A stretch of 63,969 nt of DNA, counting the filler, from an uncultured Methanosarcinales archaeon (GTDB taxonomy: Archaea; Nanobdellota; Nanobdellia; Woesearchaeales; GW2011-AR9): assembly GCA_964434885.1 (NCBI GenBank). It is 5 parts of 5 records of this genome, joined end to end, with 100 filler letters (N's around TTAATTAATTAA, not from the genome) between each part and the next. Parts side by side here need not be neighbours in the genome. Positions count along the whole stretch, not along the records: positions 1 to 14,584 come from CAYSWQ010000019.1; positions 14,685 to 29,027 come from CAYSWQ010000020.1; 3 more parts are not named here. The stretch is one strand, 5' to 3'. Of the stretch, positions 10,262 to 19,801 are shown one piece after another. Within the stretch, counting starts at the first letter, position 1. The number at the start of each line of letters is the position of its first letter. Under the pieces are notes generated by a model that saw only the letters and a list, made by a program, of their open reading frames with translations, had not been told where the DNA came from and searched no databases. A program made the translations under genes and the position numbers.

Positions 10262-10340
10262 TCTATCTACTCCAATATATAAATCTTTAAAAGAAAGATA
10301 ACAAAAAAACAAAACAGAAAAATTTAACGAGGTATTTAAA

Positions 10341-10628
10341 ATGGGAGAAGAAAGCGAATGTGGATGTTGTTGTGGTCATGATGAACCAGCTTCAGAAGAA
10401 AACAAATGTGGTCCTGAAGAAGTATGTACTCCAGAAGGAGAATGTGTTCCAAAAGAAGAAGCTAAATCTGGTCCAGATATGATTAGAGATATCTTGAACT
10501 TTGTTGCTGTTAAAAAAGAAGAAGAAAAACAGGACGTTACTACCTGTATTGATCCAGAAACAGCAGATAAATTAGCTTGTATGTTGGAAGAATTAGTTAA
10601 AAAAGCAGCTGAATGTTGCGACAAATAA
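10341..10628 (+). CDS. Small acidic Cys-rich protein, possibly metal-binding
   Basis: GAGGT RBS; CGCCCGH N-terminus; 11 Cys in 95 aa. Confidence 0.7.
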   Translation: MGEESECGCCCGHDEPASEENKCGPEEVCTPEGECVPKEEAKSGPDMIRDILNFVAVKKEEEKQDVTTCIDPETADKLACMLEELVKKAAECCDK

Positions 10629-10648
10629 TTTTATTTTAATTTCTTTTT

Positions 10649-11056
10649 TTATTGATATCCAATTGTTGTGTTTTCTAAAGAATTACCATAAACAGAAGCC
10701 ACATGAGGTAATTTATACAAATTATTTATGGGTCTTAATTTGTAATCATTTGATGCTTTTTTAGGTAGCAAATAATTACTACTAAATTTATCATCCAAAG
10801 TAAAACTTTTCTTATTTGAATACAAATTAGAAAATTTACCTCCTGGCTTCATATCTAATTGAGCAACTTGATTATTCATTAATCTTTTCATATACTCAGG
10901 TTTAGCAGCTGGAAGAGGAACATATCTAGCTTGCATTGCGTACAATTTCATTATTGCTCCTCTTTCGTGAGCAACTCCTGGATCGCTTTCTTTAACACTT
11001 TTGACATAATTTCTTATTGATGTCATCTCTAAAGTAGCGCTTAAATCATTTTCCAT
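10649..11056 (-). CDS. Hypothetical protein
   Basis: 135-aa ORF with no recognisable motif. Confidence 0.6.
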   Translation of the reverse strand: MENDLSATLEMTSIRNYVKSVKESDPGVAHERGAIMKLYAMQARYVPLPAAKPEYMKRLMNNQVAQLDMKPGGKFSNLYSNKKSFTLDDKFSSNYLLPKKASNDYKLRPINNLYKLPHVASVYGNSLENTTIGYQ

Positions 11057-11141
11057 TTTAGTGAGACTTTCTAGTTTTTATTATCTATAGAAAGACATTT
11101 TGATATAAAACTATTTCGGAAAAAGTGAGACAAAAAAATCA

Positions 11142-11825
11142 TTAAGAAAAAGTGTTTATTTCTCTCCAAATATCAATTTTCTTCAAATTTTTTGGTTGAT
11201 TTGTTCCAATCAATTCAATCCATTTTGAAAAATTATTATGTCCATTAAGATCTAAAAGATTAATTATGTTATAACCTTTTATTAAACGAGAATCATTAAC
11301 TTTATAATCAAAAGTTTTAGCTACCTTAAAACCATTCTCTTCCAAAATATTAGAAATATCTTCCATTAATGATCTACTTTTTGAACAACCCGTGATTATT
11401 GGATAATGGCCTTTTCTTAATTTAAAAGAAAAGTCAGTGTCAGATACTCCCTTAATAAAAGAAAACAATAATTTTTTGTCATTATAGAAAATTTTTGGAA
11501 CTCTAAGATTGTTTTTGGGACTTTTTGTTAATCCGACATCATTCAAAAGAAAGTTGACTAAATTTTTTGACCAAATATTAATTCCATAAATTCTATTTGT
11601 ACTCATTAATTTTGGTGATACATCAATGTTAAAAAGTTTTTTAAAAAGAGGAGCTACAACAGAATCATAAAATTCTTTTTCATCTTTTGGATTCCCTCCG
11701 CAATTAACAAGATATTCGTACTTTGCTTCTCTAATACCTATATGTCCATCTCCAACTAATACACCACATAGATAAGCCAACTCTTCATTTATTTCAGGAA
11801 TATTTATTTTCTTTAATGTGCTCAT
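11142..11825 (-). CDS. Free-standing two-motif LAGLIDADG endonuclease (LAG1)
   Basis: LAYLCGVLVGDG and FIKGVSDTDFS motifs; no intein splice residues; ATG at 11825. Confidence 0.85.
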   Translation of the reverse strand: MSTLKKINIPEINEELAYLCGVLVGDGHIGIREAKYEYLVNCGGNPKDEKEFYDSVVAPLFKKLFNIDVSPKLMSTNRIYGINIWSKNLVNFLLNDVGLTKSPKNNLRVPKIFYNDKKLLFSFIKGVSDTDFSFKLRKGHYPIITGCSKSRSLMEDISNILEENGFKVAKTFDYKVNDSRLIKGYNIINLLDLNGHNNFSKWIELIGTNQPKNLKKIDIWREINTFS

Positions 11826-11878
11826 TTTTATTAAAAAAATACTTCTTTTTCTCAAAAATAAAATAAATAGAAAAAATA

Positions 11879-11915
11879 TATAAATTCTACCTGGACTTGT
11901 CTACTTGTCCACTAC
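11879..11915 (-). promoter_or_regulatory. Shared promoter element, copy 1 (GGACAAGT-RGACAAGT repeat followed by TATA box)
   Basis: GTAGTGGACAAGTAGACAAGTCCAGGTAGAATTTATA; 32/37 identical to 23154-23190. Confidence 0.7.
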
Positions 11916-11927
11916 TCAATAAGTAAG

Positions 11928-11950
11928 AAAAAGGAAGGAAAAATCCTTCC
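11928..11950 (-). terminator. Hairpin plus U-tract after the initiator tRNA
   Basis: GGAAGGA-(4)-TCCTTCC followed by TTTTT on the minus strand. Confidence 0.55.
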
Positions 11951-11956
11951 AAATTA

Positions 11957-12059
11957 TAGCGGAGAGTGGATTTGAACCACTGATCTTTACCCGAAAAACA
12001 CATTGTGATTTTCTCCGGGTTATGGGCCCGGCAAGGACTCCAAACTCCTCCACTCCGCT
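11957..12059 (-). tRNA. Initiator tRNA-Met(CAU) with 28-nt intron at 43/44 (11987-12014)
   Basis: A1-U72, AGCGGAG/CTCCGCT acceptor, CCGGG/CCCGG anticodon stem, TTCAAAT T-loop; splice motif ACCC-GG^A...GGGT-AA^A. Confidence 0.92.
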
Positions 12060-12158
12060 GTAACACTTAAAGAATTACACTCATTTATAAAAGTTCTTGT
12101 AAAAATTAACTCATTAGAATCAATAACATTTATATAATCAAAACATTTAATATTTCAA

Positions 12159-13094
12159 ATGGCAAAAAAGAGGAGCAATAAAAAAGTAGTTTCTAAACGC
12201 AGTAAAACAAAAAAAATTGTATTATTAATTTTAGCTTTAATTGTATCTATCTTCTTTATCATCCCTTTATTCTTCAGTTTATTTAATGGGACCAAATTGG
12301 GCAATGTTGCTTTAATCTCTGTAAATGGTGTAATCATGGGAGGGGATGGTGGAGGCTCGTTAGGACAAACTATTGCTTCTTCAAAAACAATTGTTAGTTT
12401 TCTAGAAGATGCCGAAAAAAGAACCAATGTTAAAGCCATTCTTTTAGAAATAAATTCTCCAGGTGGAGGAGCAGTTGCTTCTGATGAAATAGCTTCTCAA
12501 ATAAAATCAATGAAAAAACCAGTGGTTTCAGTAATTAGAGAAGTTGGAGCTTCCGGAGGTTATTGGATTGCTTCAGCAACAGATCATGTTATTGCTAATC
12601 GTATGTCTATCACTGGTAGTATCGGAGTAATTAGTTCTTATTTAGAATTTAGTGAATTAATGAAAGAATATGGTGTTGGTTATGAAAGATTAATTGCTGG
12701 TAAATACAAAGATGTCGGAACACCATTTAGAAAATTAGAAGTTGAAGAAAAACAATTATTACAAGGAAAAATTGACAAAATTCATGATTTCTTTATCAAA
12801 GAGATTTCAGCTAACAGAAAATTGAAAGAAAGTGAAGTTAAAAAAGTAGCAACTGGAGAATTCTTTTTAGGAGTAGAAGCAAAAAATTTAGGTTTAGTTG
12901 ATGAACTAGGAAATAAGAAAACTGCTGAAAACTACTTAAAAAAGAAACTAGCATTAAAAGAAATCAATTATGTTAAATACGAAACTAAAAAAAGTTTGTT
13001 ATCTTCTTTAATGGGAGTTATCTCCCAAAACTTCTTTAAGATTGGAGAAGGAATTGGTTCTGGTTTGGTTAAAAACCAAATCTCTTGGATTTAA
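12159..13094 (+). CDS. sppA: Signal peptide peptidase SppA (S49)
   Basis: N-terminal TM; INSPGG, ASGGYWIA, TGSIGV, GKYKD. Confidence 0.93.
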   Translation: MAKKRSNKKVVSKRSKTKKIVLLILALIVSIFFIIPLFFSLFNGTKLGNVALISVNGVIMGGDGGGSLGQTIASSKTIVSFLEDAEKRTNVKAILLEINSPGGGAVASDEIASQIKSMKKPVVSVIREVGASGGYWIASATDHVIANRMSITGSIGVISSYLEFSELMKEYGVGYERLIAGKYKDVGTPFRKLEVEEKQLLQGKIDKIHDFFIKEISANRKLKESEVKKVATGEFFLGVEAKNLGLVDELGNKKTAENYLKKKLALKEINYVKYETKKSLLSSLMGVISQNFFKIGEGIGSGLVKNQISWI

Positions 13095-13133
13095 ATACAT
13101 AACTTATTTAAACTAAAATTCTAAATCAATTTT

Positions 13134-13499
13134 ATGATTCAAGAATACAATAAATTAGTCAGAGACAAAATCCCAGAAATTATTCGGGCAGATAATAAAA
13201 CACCTTACACACACAAAGTTTCAGGATCTGAATTAGAAGATGCTTTACAAAAAAAATTAACAGAAGAAATTAGAGAATTTCGAAAATCTAGAACTATGGA
13301 AGAATTAGCAGATATTTTAGAAGTTGTAGAAGCATTAATTCAAATTAATCACGAATATATGCCAGAAAGAACAAGAGTATATAGTATAGCTAATAACTAC
13401 AATATAACAAAAATGGAATTAGAATCAATCAGAGCAAATAAAGCAAAAGAAAGAGGTACTTTTTCTCAAGGAATAATTCTAGAATATGTAGAATATTAA
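13134..13499 (+). CDS. MazG-like NTP pyrophosphohydrolase
   Basis: YNKLVRDKIPEII, KLTEE, EELADILEV, KAKERGTF. Confidence 0.85.
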   Translation: MIQEYNKLVRDKIPEIIRADNKTPYTHKVSGSELEDALQKKLTEEIREFRKSRTMEELADILEVVEALIQINHEYMPERTRVYSIANNYNITKMELESIRANKAKERGTFSQGIILEYVEY

Positions 13500-14584
13500 A
13501 CCTTCTCGCCATAAATAAAAATATGTTGCCAAAACAATCCTCTTTTCTTTACTATTTTCACTTTTAAATTAGCTGCATTAAACCATCTTTTTAATTTTCT
13601 CTCATCGCTGATCCAAGGTACATTAGGAATGATATGAAAAAATTTATCATAATCCAAAATAACAATTTTAGAACCCTTCCTCATTTTTCTACTCATGTCT
13701 TTCAAAACTTGCTTAGGTTTTTGTAAATAAGAAAAAATACCTGTGGAAATAATAACATCGAAATGAGGTACTTTTCGTTTCGGTTTAAAATTTATTAATG
13801 AATCAACATGAAAGAATTCCAAATGCTTATATCGATTCAACTGTTTTTCTGTAATATCTACATTATGATCTAAGACATCTGTAACATAAACTCTTCCCCT
13901 AGGTAAAACTTTTTTAGTTAATCTCCTAGTCAATGCTCCAGAAGAACAACCATATTCTAAAACTCTTTTATTTTTCAAATTCCCAGCTAACAAAAAAACT
14001 CTTTTTCTCAAACCAAAAGGAAAAAATAAATTTTCAAAAATAATTAGCAAGTAAGTTAATTTAGCATTAACTTTTTTTATCGCCGGAGCACTATAATACA
14101 TCTCGATTAAAAAATAAATTGGAATTCCCAACACAATTAAAGAAATTCCTAATTTCAAAATTTCATAAGCCCCATGTGTTTCTTTTAACCACATATAAAT
14201 CAAAAACAACATAAACAAAGATACAATAATTGGACCTACTTTCCCAAAAGGGGCAGTATAATGTCGATGGGCTCGAGGTTTTTTAAATCTCAAAACTACC
14301 ACACACAACAACACAAAAGCATACATTACTAAAACTAAAGGCACCAATAAATGTAACAACGTTGTATATGATCCTGCTCCAACAATAACTAAAATCGTAG
14401 TTAAAATTGTTTGGAAAAAAATTGCACGATGAGGTGTATTATTTTTATGGTGGATTTTAGCCATTTGAGTAAGAAATAATTTATCTTTCGCCATTGCTAA
14501 TAATAATCGCGGAGCTGAAACAATCCATCCAGCAACACTCCCAATAATCGCTAAATAAACTAAAATCGCAAAAATATCATTCCC
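13496..14584 (-). CDS. APC amino-acid permease fused to class I SAM methyltransferase (5' truncated by gap)
   Basis: Frame open to contig end: SAPRLLLAMAKD...TPHRAI and LR.KKP...YTAPFG, then VLEYGCSSG and FDVII. Confidence 0.8.
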   Translation of the reverse strand, partial: GNDIFAILVYLAIIGSVAGWIVSAPRLLLAMAKDKLFLTQMAKIHHKNNTPHRAIFFQTILTTILVIVGAGSYTTLLHLLVPLVLVMYAFVLLCVVVLRFKKPRAHRHYTAPFGKVGPIIVSLFMLFLIYMWLKETHGAYEILKLGISLIVLGIPIYFLIEMYYSAPAIKKVNAKLTYLLIIFENLFFPFGLRKRVFLLAGNLKNKRVLEYGCSSGALTRRLTKKVLPRGRVYVTDVLDHNVDITEKQLNRYKHLEFFHVDSLINFKPKRKVPHFDVIISTGIFSYLQKPKQVLKDMSRKMRKGSKIVILDYDKFFHIIPNVPWISDERKLKRWFNAANLKVKIVKKRGLFWQHIFIYGEKV

Positions 14585-14684
14585 NNNNNNNNNNNNNNNN
14601 NNNNNNNNNNNNNNNNNNNNNNNNNNNNTTAATTAATTAANNNNNNNNNNNNNNNNNNNNNNNNNNNNNNNNNNNNNNNNNNNN
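14585..14684. other. Artificial contig spacer
   Basis: N44-TTAATTAATTAA-N44. Confidence 0.98.
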
Positions 14685-14698
14685 AAGGAGCTGATGTC

Positions 14699-15625
14699 TT
14701 GGTAGATGGTTCCGCTGACCTAGCGAGATTCCTTAAAGTAAGTCCAATTTTAGTTGGATTAACAATCGTTGCTTTTGGAACTTCTCTACCAGAATTCATT
14801 GTTAGTTTATTTGCAGTTCTTGGAGGTAGTGCTGATCTTTCTATCGGAAATATTGTGGGAAGTAATATTGCCAATATTGCTTTAGTATTAGGAATAAGTG
14901 CTTTATTTGTTCCATTAGTAGTTAAATCAACTACTTTAATGTATGAATTTCCTTTTATGTTAGTTTCCAGTTTCTTATTTCTAATCTTAGCAAATGATTC
15001 TTATTTATTTGGAAAAAACACTTTTTTCATTGGTAGATTGGACGGAATAATCTTACTAATCATCTTTGTAATTTTTATCATCTATGTTTACAAATCACTT
15101 AAAAACCAAAGAAATCAAGTTAATAATGACAAAAAAGTAAAAAAAGAATTTGCCGAAGAATATAAACATAAAAATCCATTATGGAAAAATACTGTTATGA
15201 TCATTACTGGAATCATTATGTTGGTTGTCGGAGGAAAACTGTTCGTTAATTCTGCCTCTGAATTAGCTAGATATCTTGGTTGGGGTGAAGCTTTTATTGG
15301 AGTAACTATTGTTGCTTTAGGAACTTCTTTACCAGAATTATTTACTTCTGCTGTAGCTGCTTACAAGAAAGAAGCAAGCATCGCTATTGGTAATATTGTT
15401 GGAAGTAATATCTTTAATATCTTAATGGTTTTAGGAATAGTTGGAATCATTAAACCAATCGCCATCAACCAATCGTTATTGTTTTTCGATGGAATGATCA
15501 TGATTGGAATTACTTTACTTTTCCTACTCTTTTCCACCATCGGCAAAAACCTCAAACGCTGGGAAGGAGTTGTCTTACTACTCACTTACTTTTCTTATAT
15601 TGGTTATTTAGTTTGGAGTTTGTAA
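14699..15625 (+). CDS. Calcium/sodium antiporter, CaCA family (5' truncated)
   Basis: Duplicated GTSLPE and GNIVGSNI alpha repeats. Confidence 0.93.
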   Translation: MVDGSADLARFLKVSPILVGLTIVAFGTSLPEFIVSLFAVLGGSADLSIGNIVGSNIANIALVLGISALFVPLVVKSTTLMYEFPFMLVSSFLFLILANDSYLFGKNTFFIGRLDGIILLIIFVIFIIYVYKSLKNQRNQVNNDKKVKKEFAEEYKHKNPLWKNTVMIITGIIMLVVGGKLFVNSASELARYLGWGEAFIGVTIVALGTSLPELFTSAVAAYKKEASIAIGNIVGSNIFNILMVLGIVGIIKPIAINQSLLFFDGMIMIGITLLFLLFSTIGKNLKRWEGVVLLLTYFSYIGYLVWSL

Positions 15626-15683
15626 ACATTTATAAAACAAAAACAATTTAACAACCTAGGTGGAATTCTAGAGATTTATTTAG

Positions 15684-16196
15684 ATGATAAGTGAAATAAT
15701 TGATGAATTTGATGGGATAATATTAATTCACCCGGAATGGTACTTAGATGATATATGTAAAGGAGAAGATTTTTTCCCAAAAGTAGATAATTATCTAATC
15801 GATCTTCAAAAAGCAAATAATGCCGTTCAGAAATCTAATTCTCAAGTGTTTATTCTTCCTAATGATTACTCTTTACTTAATCAAATGCCACCAGAAATAA
15901 CCGCTTCTTGGAAAATTTTAGGAAAAGACCAAGAATTTAAATTTTATACCACTCCAGATTTACCATTGCAAGAAATCAGTAAACAAACAAAAACACCTCT
16001 TTCTGATTTAAGATTCATTTATGGGGGAATGTTGACTTCTGCTTGTGTTTCTTCCTTTGCTATGAGATCTTCTGCTTCTTATGATGGACCTCATCCTTTT
16101 ATTAAACCTGCATCAATGGAATTAGAAGCCACTCAAAAAGCCAGTTATGGTTTTGTGCTAGAAGAACTATGTAGTGATTTTATTTTTAATAATTAA
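15684..16196 (+). CDS. Hypothetical protein, weak cysteine-hydrolase-like motif
   Basis: 170 aa; IYGGMLTSACV resembles the isochorismatase G..T..CV motif. Confidence 0.55.
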   Translation: MISEIIDEFDGIILIHPEWYLDDICKGEDFFPKVDNYLIDLQKANNAVQKSNSQVFILPNDYSLLNQMPPEITASWKILGKDQEFKFYTTPDLPLQEISKQTKTPLSDLRFIYGGMLTSACVSSFAMRSSASYDGPHPFIKPASMELEATQKASYGFVLEELCSDFIFNN

Positions 16197-16234
16197 AACT
16201 AAACCTTTAAATAAATATAAAATTTCTCAATGTT

Positions 16235-19096
16235 ATGGATATAGATTGGAATAAAATTCAAGCCAAATGGCAAAAGAAGTGGGAAAAAGAAGAACTAGGT
16301 AAAGCCACAATAAACAAAGACAAGCCCAAGTTTATGATGATCTTTGCTTATCCAGGTATCTCTGGATTCTTACATGTAGGCCATATGCGAGGTTTTTCTT
16401 ATACTGATGCTATTTGTAGGTATAAACGTTTAACTGGCCACCAAGTGCTTTATCCAGTTGGTACTCATGCTTCTGGTAATCAAGCTATTGCTTTTGCCAA
16501 TAAAGTAAAAAACAAAGATGAAGCTTGGATTAATTACCTTCTCAACAATGGCTGTCCAAAAAGTAAATTAAAAGAATTAGAACAACCAGAAAAAATTATA
16601 GAATATTTCAATGAAGTTTATGTTAACGATTATTGGAAGAAATTTGGTTTTCTTTGTGATTGGGACCGTTTTATTTGTACCAGTTATCCAGACTACCAGA
16701 AATTTATGCACTGGCAATTCAAAAAACTAATGGATAAAAATCTTTTAGTGCAAAAACCCTATTTTGCTACAGCTTGTATTAAATGTGGTCCAGTTGCTGT
16801 TGATCCTTCTGAAACCGACATCTCCAAAGGAGGTCATGCTGAAAAACAAGAATTTACTTTATTAAAATTCAAATTAAAACAAGAAAACAGCGAAGAACCA
16901 ATTTATCTGATTGCCGCTACTTTAAGACCAGAAACTGTCTTTGGTCAAACTAATCTTTGGATTAATCCAAGTGTTAAATATGTTAAAGTTAAAGTTGGAA
17001 TTGAATCTGATGAAAACCATAAAGATGAAACTTGGATTATGAGTCAAGCAGGAGCAGAAAAATTAGGATATCAAAAAGATGACGTAATGTTAGAAGAAGA
17101 TATCGATCCCAGAGAACTAATCGGCCAATATACAGAAGCTCCAGGAATCAACAAAAAAATAATTATCTTGCCTTCAAGACTATGCAATCCAAAAGTTGGA
17201 AGTGGTATTGTCACTTCTGTTCCTAGTGATGCCCCTTATGATTATATTGCTTTAAAGAAATTACAAGAAGATAAAAAAAGATGTGAAAAATTCGATTTAA
17301 ATTTCCAAGAAATAAATCAAATTAAATTAATTCCAATTATTAGATCTAAAGGCTACGAAGATTTTCCAGCGAAAGAAATTGTAGAGAAATTAAATATCAC
17401 TAGTCTTAAAGATACTGAAAAACTAGAACAAGCCACTCAAGAAATTTACAAAGCTGGATTTCATACAGGAGTAATGAGGGAAAATTGTGGTGAATATGCT
17501 GGAAAGAAAGTAATTGAAGCTAAAGAATTAATCAAAGAAAAACTTATCAACCAAAATAATGCTGATATCTTACATGATTTAAGTGAAGAAGTTATTTGTC
17601 GTTGTGGAGATAAAGTTATTATTAAAAGAATTGATGACCAATGGTTTATCAAATACTCAGATGGAGAATTAACTGAGCAAAGTAAACAACAAGTTCAAAA
17701 TATGGATATTTATCCTCACGAATACAAAGAAAATCTGCCTGGAATTTTAGATTGGTTTCAAGATCGAGCTTGTGTTAGACTAGGTAATTGGACTGGAAGT
17801 AAATTTCCTTTTGATGATAAATGGACTATTGAACCAATCAGTGATTCCACCCTCTACCCTAGCTACTATATAATTTCAAAATTTATTAACCAAAAACAAA
17901 TAAAAACCCAAGATTTAACTGAAGAATTTTTTGATTATGTTTTCCTCGGAAAAGGGGAACCTAAGAAAAATTGGAAGGAAATCAAAGAAGAATTTGATTA
18001 CTTTTATCCTTTAGATCTTAATTTAGGAGGAAAAGAACACAAAACAGTTCATTTCCCAGTTTTTTTAATGAATCACGTAGGAATTTTACCTCAAGAGAAA
18101 TGGCCTAAAGGGATTTTTGTTAATTGGTGGGTTACTGGAAAAGGTAGCAAAATTTCTAAATCTAAAGGGGGAGCAGTTCCTATTCCTGAGGCCATGGAAA
18201 AGTATGGTGTTGATGCTATGCGGTTATATTATGCCCATATTGGCAGTCCTCATGTTGATGTTATGTGGACTGAAGACATTGTCTTTAATTACAAAAGTAG
18301 CTTAGAAAGAACACTTGGCTTAATTACTGAATTAAAAAAGAAAGAAGGTTCTCGAAGTTTAATTGATGATTGGATTCTATCTAAAGTAAATGGCCATATC
18401 AAAAAAGCTAATCAAGTGATGGAAAATTTTGATTTAAGGGAATTAGCAACTATTGTGTATTACAATTTTTATGATGATTTGAGATGGTATTTACGAAGAG
18501 GAGGAGACAACCCCCAAATAATAAAAAAAGTAATTTCTATTTGGTGTAAATTAATGAATCCAATTACTCCTCATTTAAGCGAAGAATTAAATCAAGATAA
18601 ATCTCTTGTTTCCGCTGCTGAATGGCCAGAAGTAGACCAAGAAAGAATCAGTCTCAAAGCTGAAGCTGGAGAGGAAATGATCAAAAATACTTTAGTAGGT
18701 ATGAGAAAAGTAATTGAATTAGCAGGTTTAGAAAAACCAAACAAATTTACTTTGTTTGTAGCTGAGAAATGGAGATATGATTTTTTTAGCATAGTTAAAG
18801 GAGAGATTAGCAGAACTCGAAATGTTGGAGAGATAATTAGAAAAGTTCTTGAAAATGAACAACTTAAAACCAAAGGTAAAGAAATTAGCAAACTTGTTGG
18901 AATGTTGCTCAAAGATGTTTCTAAATTACCTAGTTTAGTTTTATCACAAGAAGAAGAATCGGAACTCATAAACTCTGCTCAAAAATTTCTAGAAAAAGAA
19001 TTTGCTTGTGAAATTAAAATAATTCTAGCAGAAGATAGTGATAGTTCTAAAGCTAAATCAGCAATCCCTGGGAAGGTTGGTGTTTTGGTTGAATAA
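16235..19096 (+). CDS. leuS: Leucine--tRNA ligase, archaeal type
   Basis: HVGH, ATLRPET, GIVTSVPSDAP, KISKSKG. Confidence 0.96.
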   Translation: MDIDWNKIQAKWQKKWEKEELGKATINKDKPKFMMIFAYPGISGFLHVGHMRGFSYTDAICRYKRLTGHQVLYPVGTHASGNQAIAFANKVKNKDEAWINYLLNNGCPKSKLKELEQPEKIIEYFNEVYVNDYWKKFGFLCDWDRFICTSYPDYQKFMHWQFKKLMDKNLLVQKPYFATACIKCGPVAVDPSETDISKGGHAEKQEFTLLKFKLKQENSEEPIYLIAATLRPETVFGQTNLWINPSVKYVKVKVGIESDENHKDETWIMSQAGAEKLGYQKDDVMLEEDIDPRELIGQYTEAPGINKKIIILPSRLCNPKVGSGIVTSVPSDAPYDYIALKKLQEDKKRCEKFDLNFQEINQIKLIPIIRSKGYEDFPAKEIVEKLNITSLKDTEKLEQATQEIYKAGFHTGVMRENCGEYAGKKVIEAKELIKEKLINQNNADILHDLSEEVICRCGDKVIIKRIDDQWFIKYSDGELTEQSKQQVQNMDIYPHEYKENLPGILDWFQDRACVRLGNWTGSKFPFDDKWTIEPISDSTLYPSYYIISKFINQKQIKTQDLTEEFFDYVFLGKGEPKKNWKEIKEEFDYFYPLDLNLGGKEHKTVHFPVFLMNHVGILPQEKWPKGIFVNWWVTGKGSKISKSKGGAVPIPEAMEKYGVDAMRLYYAHIGSPHVDVMWTEDIVFNYKSSLERTLGLITELKKKEGSRSLIDDWILSKVNGHIKKANQVMENFDLRELATIVYYNFYDDLRWYLRRGGDNPQIIKKVISIWCKLMNPITPHLSEELNQDKSLVSAAEWPEVDQERISLKAEAGEEMIKNTLVGMRKVIELAGLEKPNKFTLFVAEKWRYDFFSIVKGEISRTRNVGEIIRKVLENEQLKTKGKEISKLVGMLLKDVSKLPSLVLSQEEESELINSAQKFLEKEFACEIKIILAEDSDSSKAKSAIPGKVGVLVE

Positions 19097-19150
19097 ATTT
19101 ATAAAACAACTCAAAATCAAACATAAAGTGGTTTCTAGAGTTAGATTAAA

Positions 19151-19801
19151 ATGAAAAGACCAAAACCTACAAAACAATTAATCTTAGATGTAACTGGAGA
19201 AAACCAAGCTCTAATCAGTTCTCTACATCACGGATTATATGAAACTAGTTTAAGAAATTTCTATTCAGTTTTAGATTTTGATGAATTAGTTGCTTTTGCT
19301 GCCTCATCTTGGAAAGCTAGAGAAAGAAGAACTCTATCTCCCCACTTACTTGTTCCTAATGAAGATGTTTATAATTTATTTTCCACAGTTTATCAGATTG
19401 GATTCCCTTGGTTAAACAAACACAAATACCTTTCTTCCGAAGCCATAAGAAAAAAACACAAAAAAATGAATCCTTTTCAAAAAAGAGATTTAGAAGATAG
19501 ATTACACCAAGTTTCTCCGGAAGCAGTACAACATTTGAAAAGACAATTACAAGAACCAGTTAATGAATATGTTTTTGAGTGTCAATATCATCAAAGAAAG
19601 GCTGCTAGAGGGGGAGACAACCATCGATTAGAAATTATGACTTTTCAAAATGTTTACCCTAAAAGGGGAAAAATTGTTCCTGCTTATGCTTCTGAAATAT
19701 CTAGAATGGTTTCCAGATATACACAAGAACACGAACAAATCAATCAACCCCAACCAAAAAAACAACCAACCAACAAACCAACTCAATTAAAGTTAATCTA
19801 A
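19151..19801 (+). CDS. Hypothetical protein
   Basis: 216-aa ORF with upstream TTTATAAA box. Confidence 0.6.
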   Translation: MKRPKPTKQLILDVTGENQALISSLHHGLYETSLRNFYSVLDFDELVAFAASSWKARERRTLSPHLLVPNEDVYNLFSTVYQIGFPWLNKHKYLSSEAIRKKHKKMNPFQKRDLEDRLHQVSPEAVQHLKRQLQEPVNEYVFECQYHQRKAARGGDNHRLEIMTFQNVYPKRGKIVPAYASEISRMVSRYTQEHEQINQPQPKKQPTNKPTQLKLI

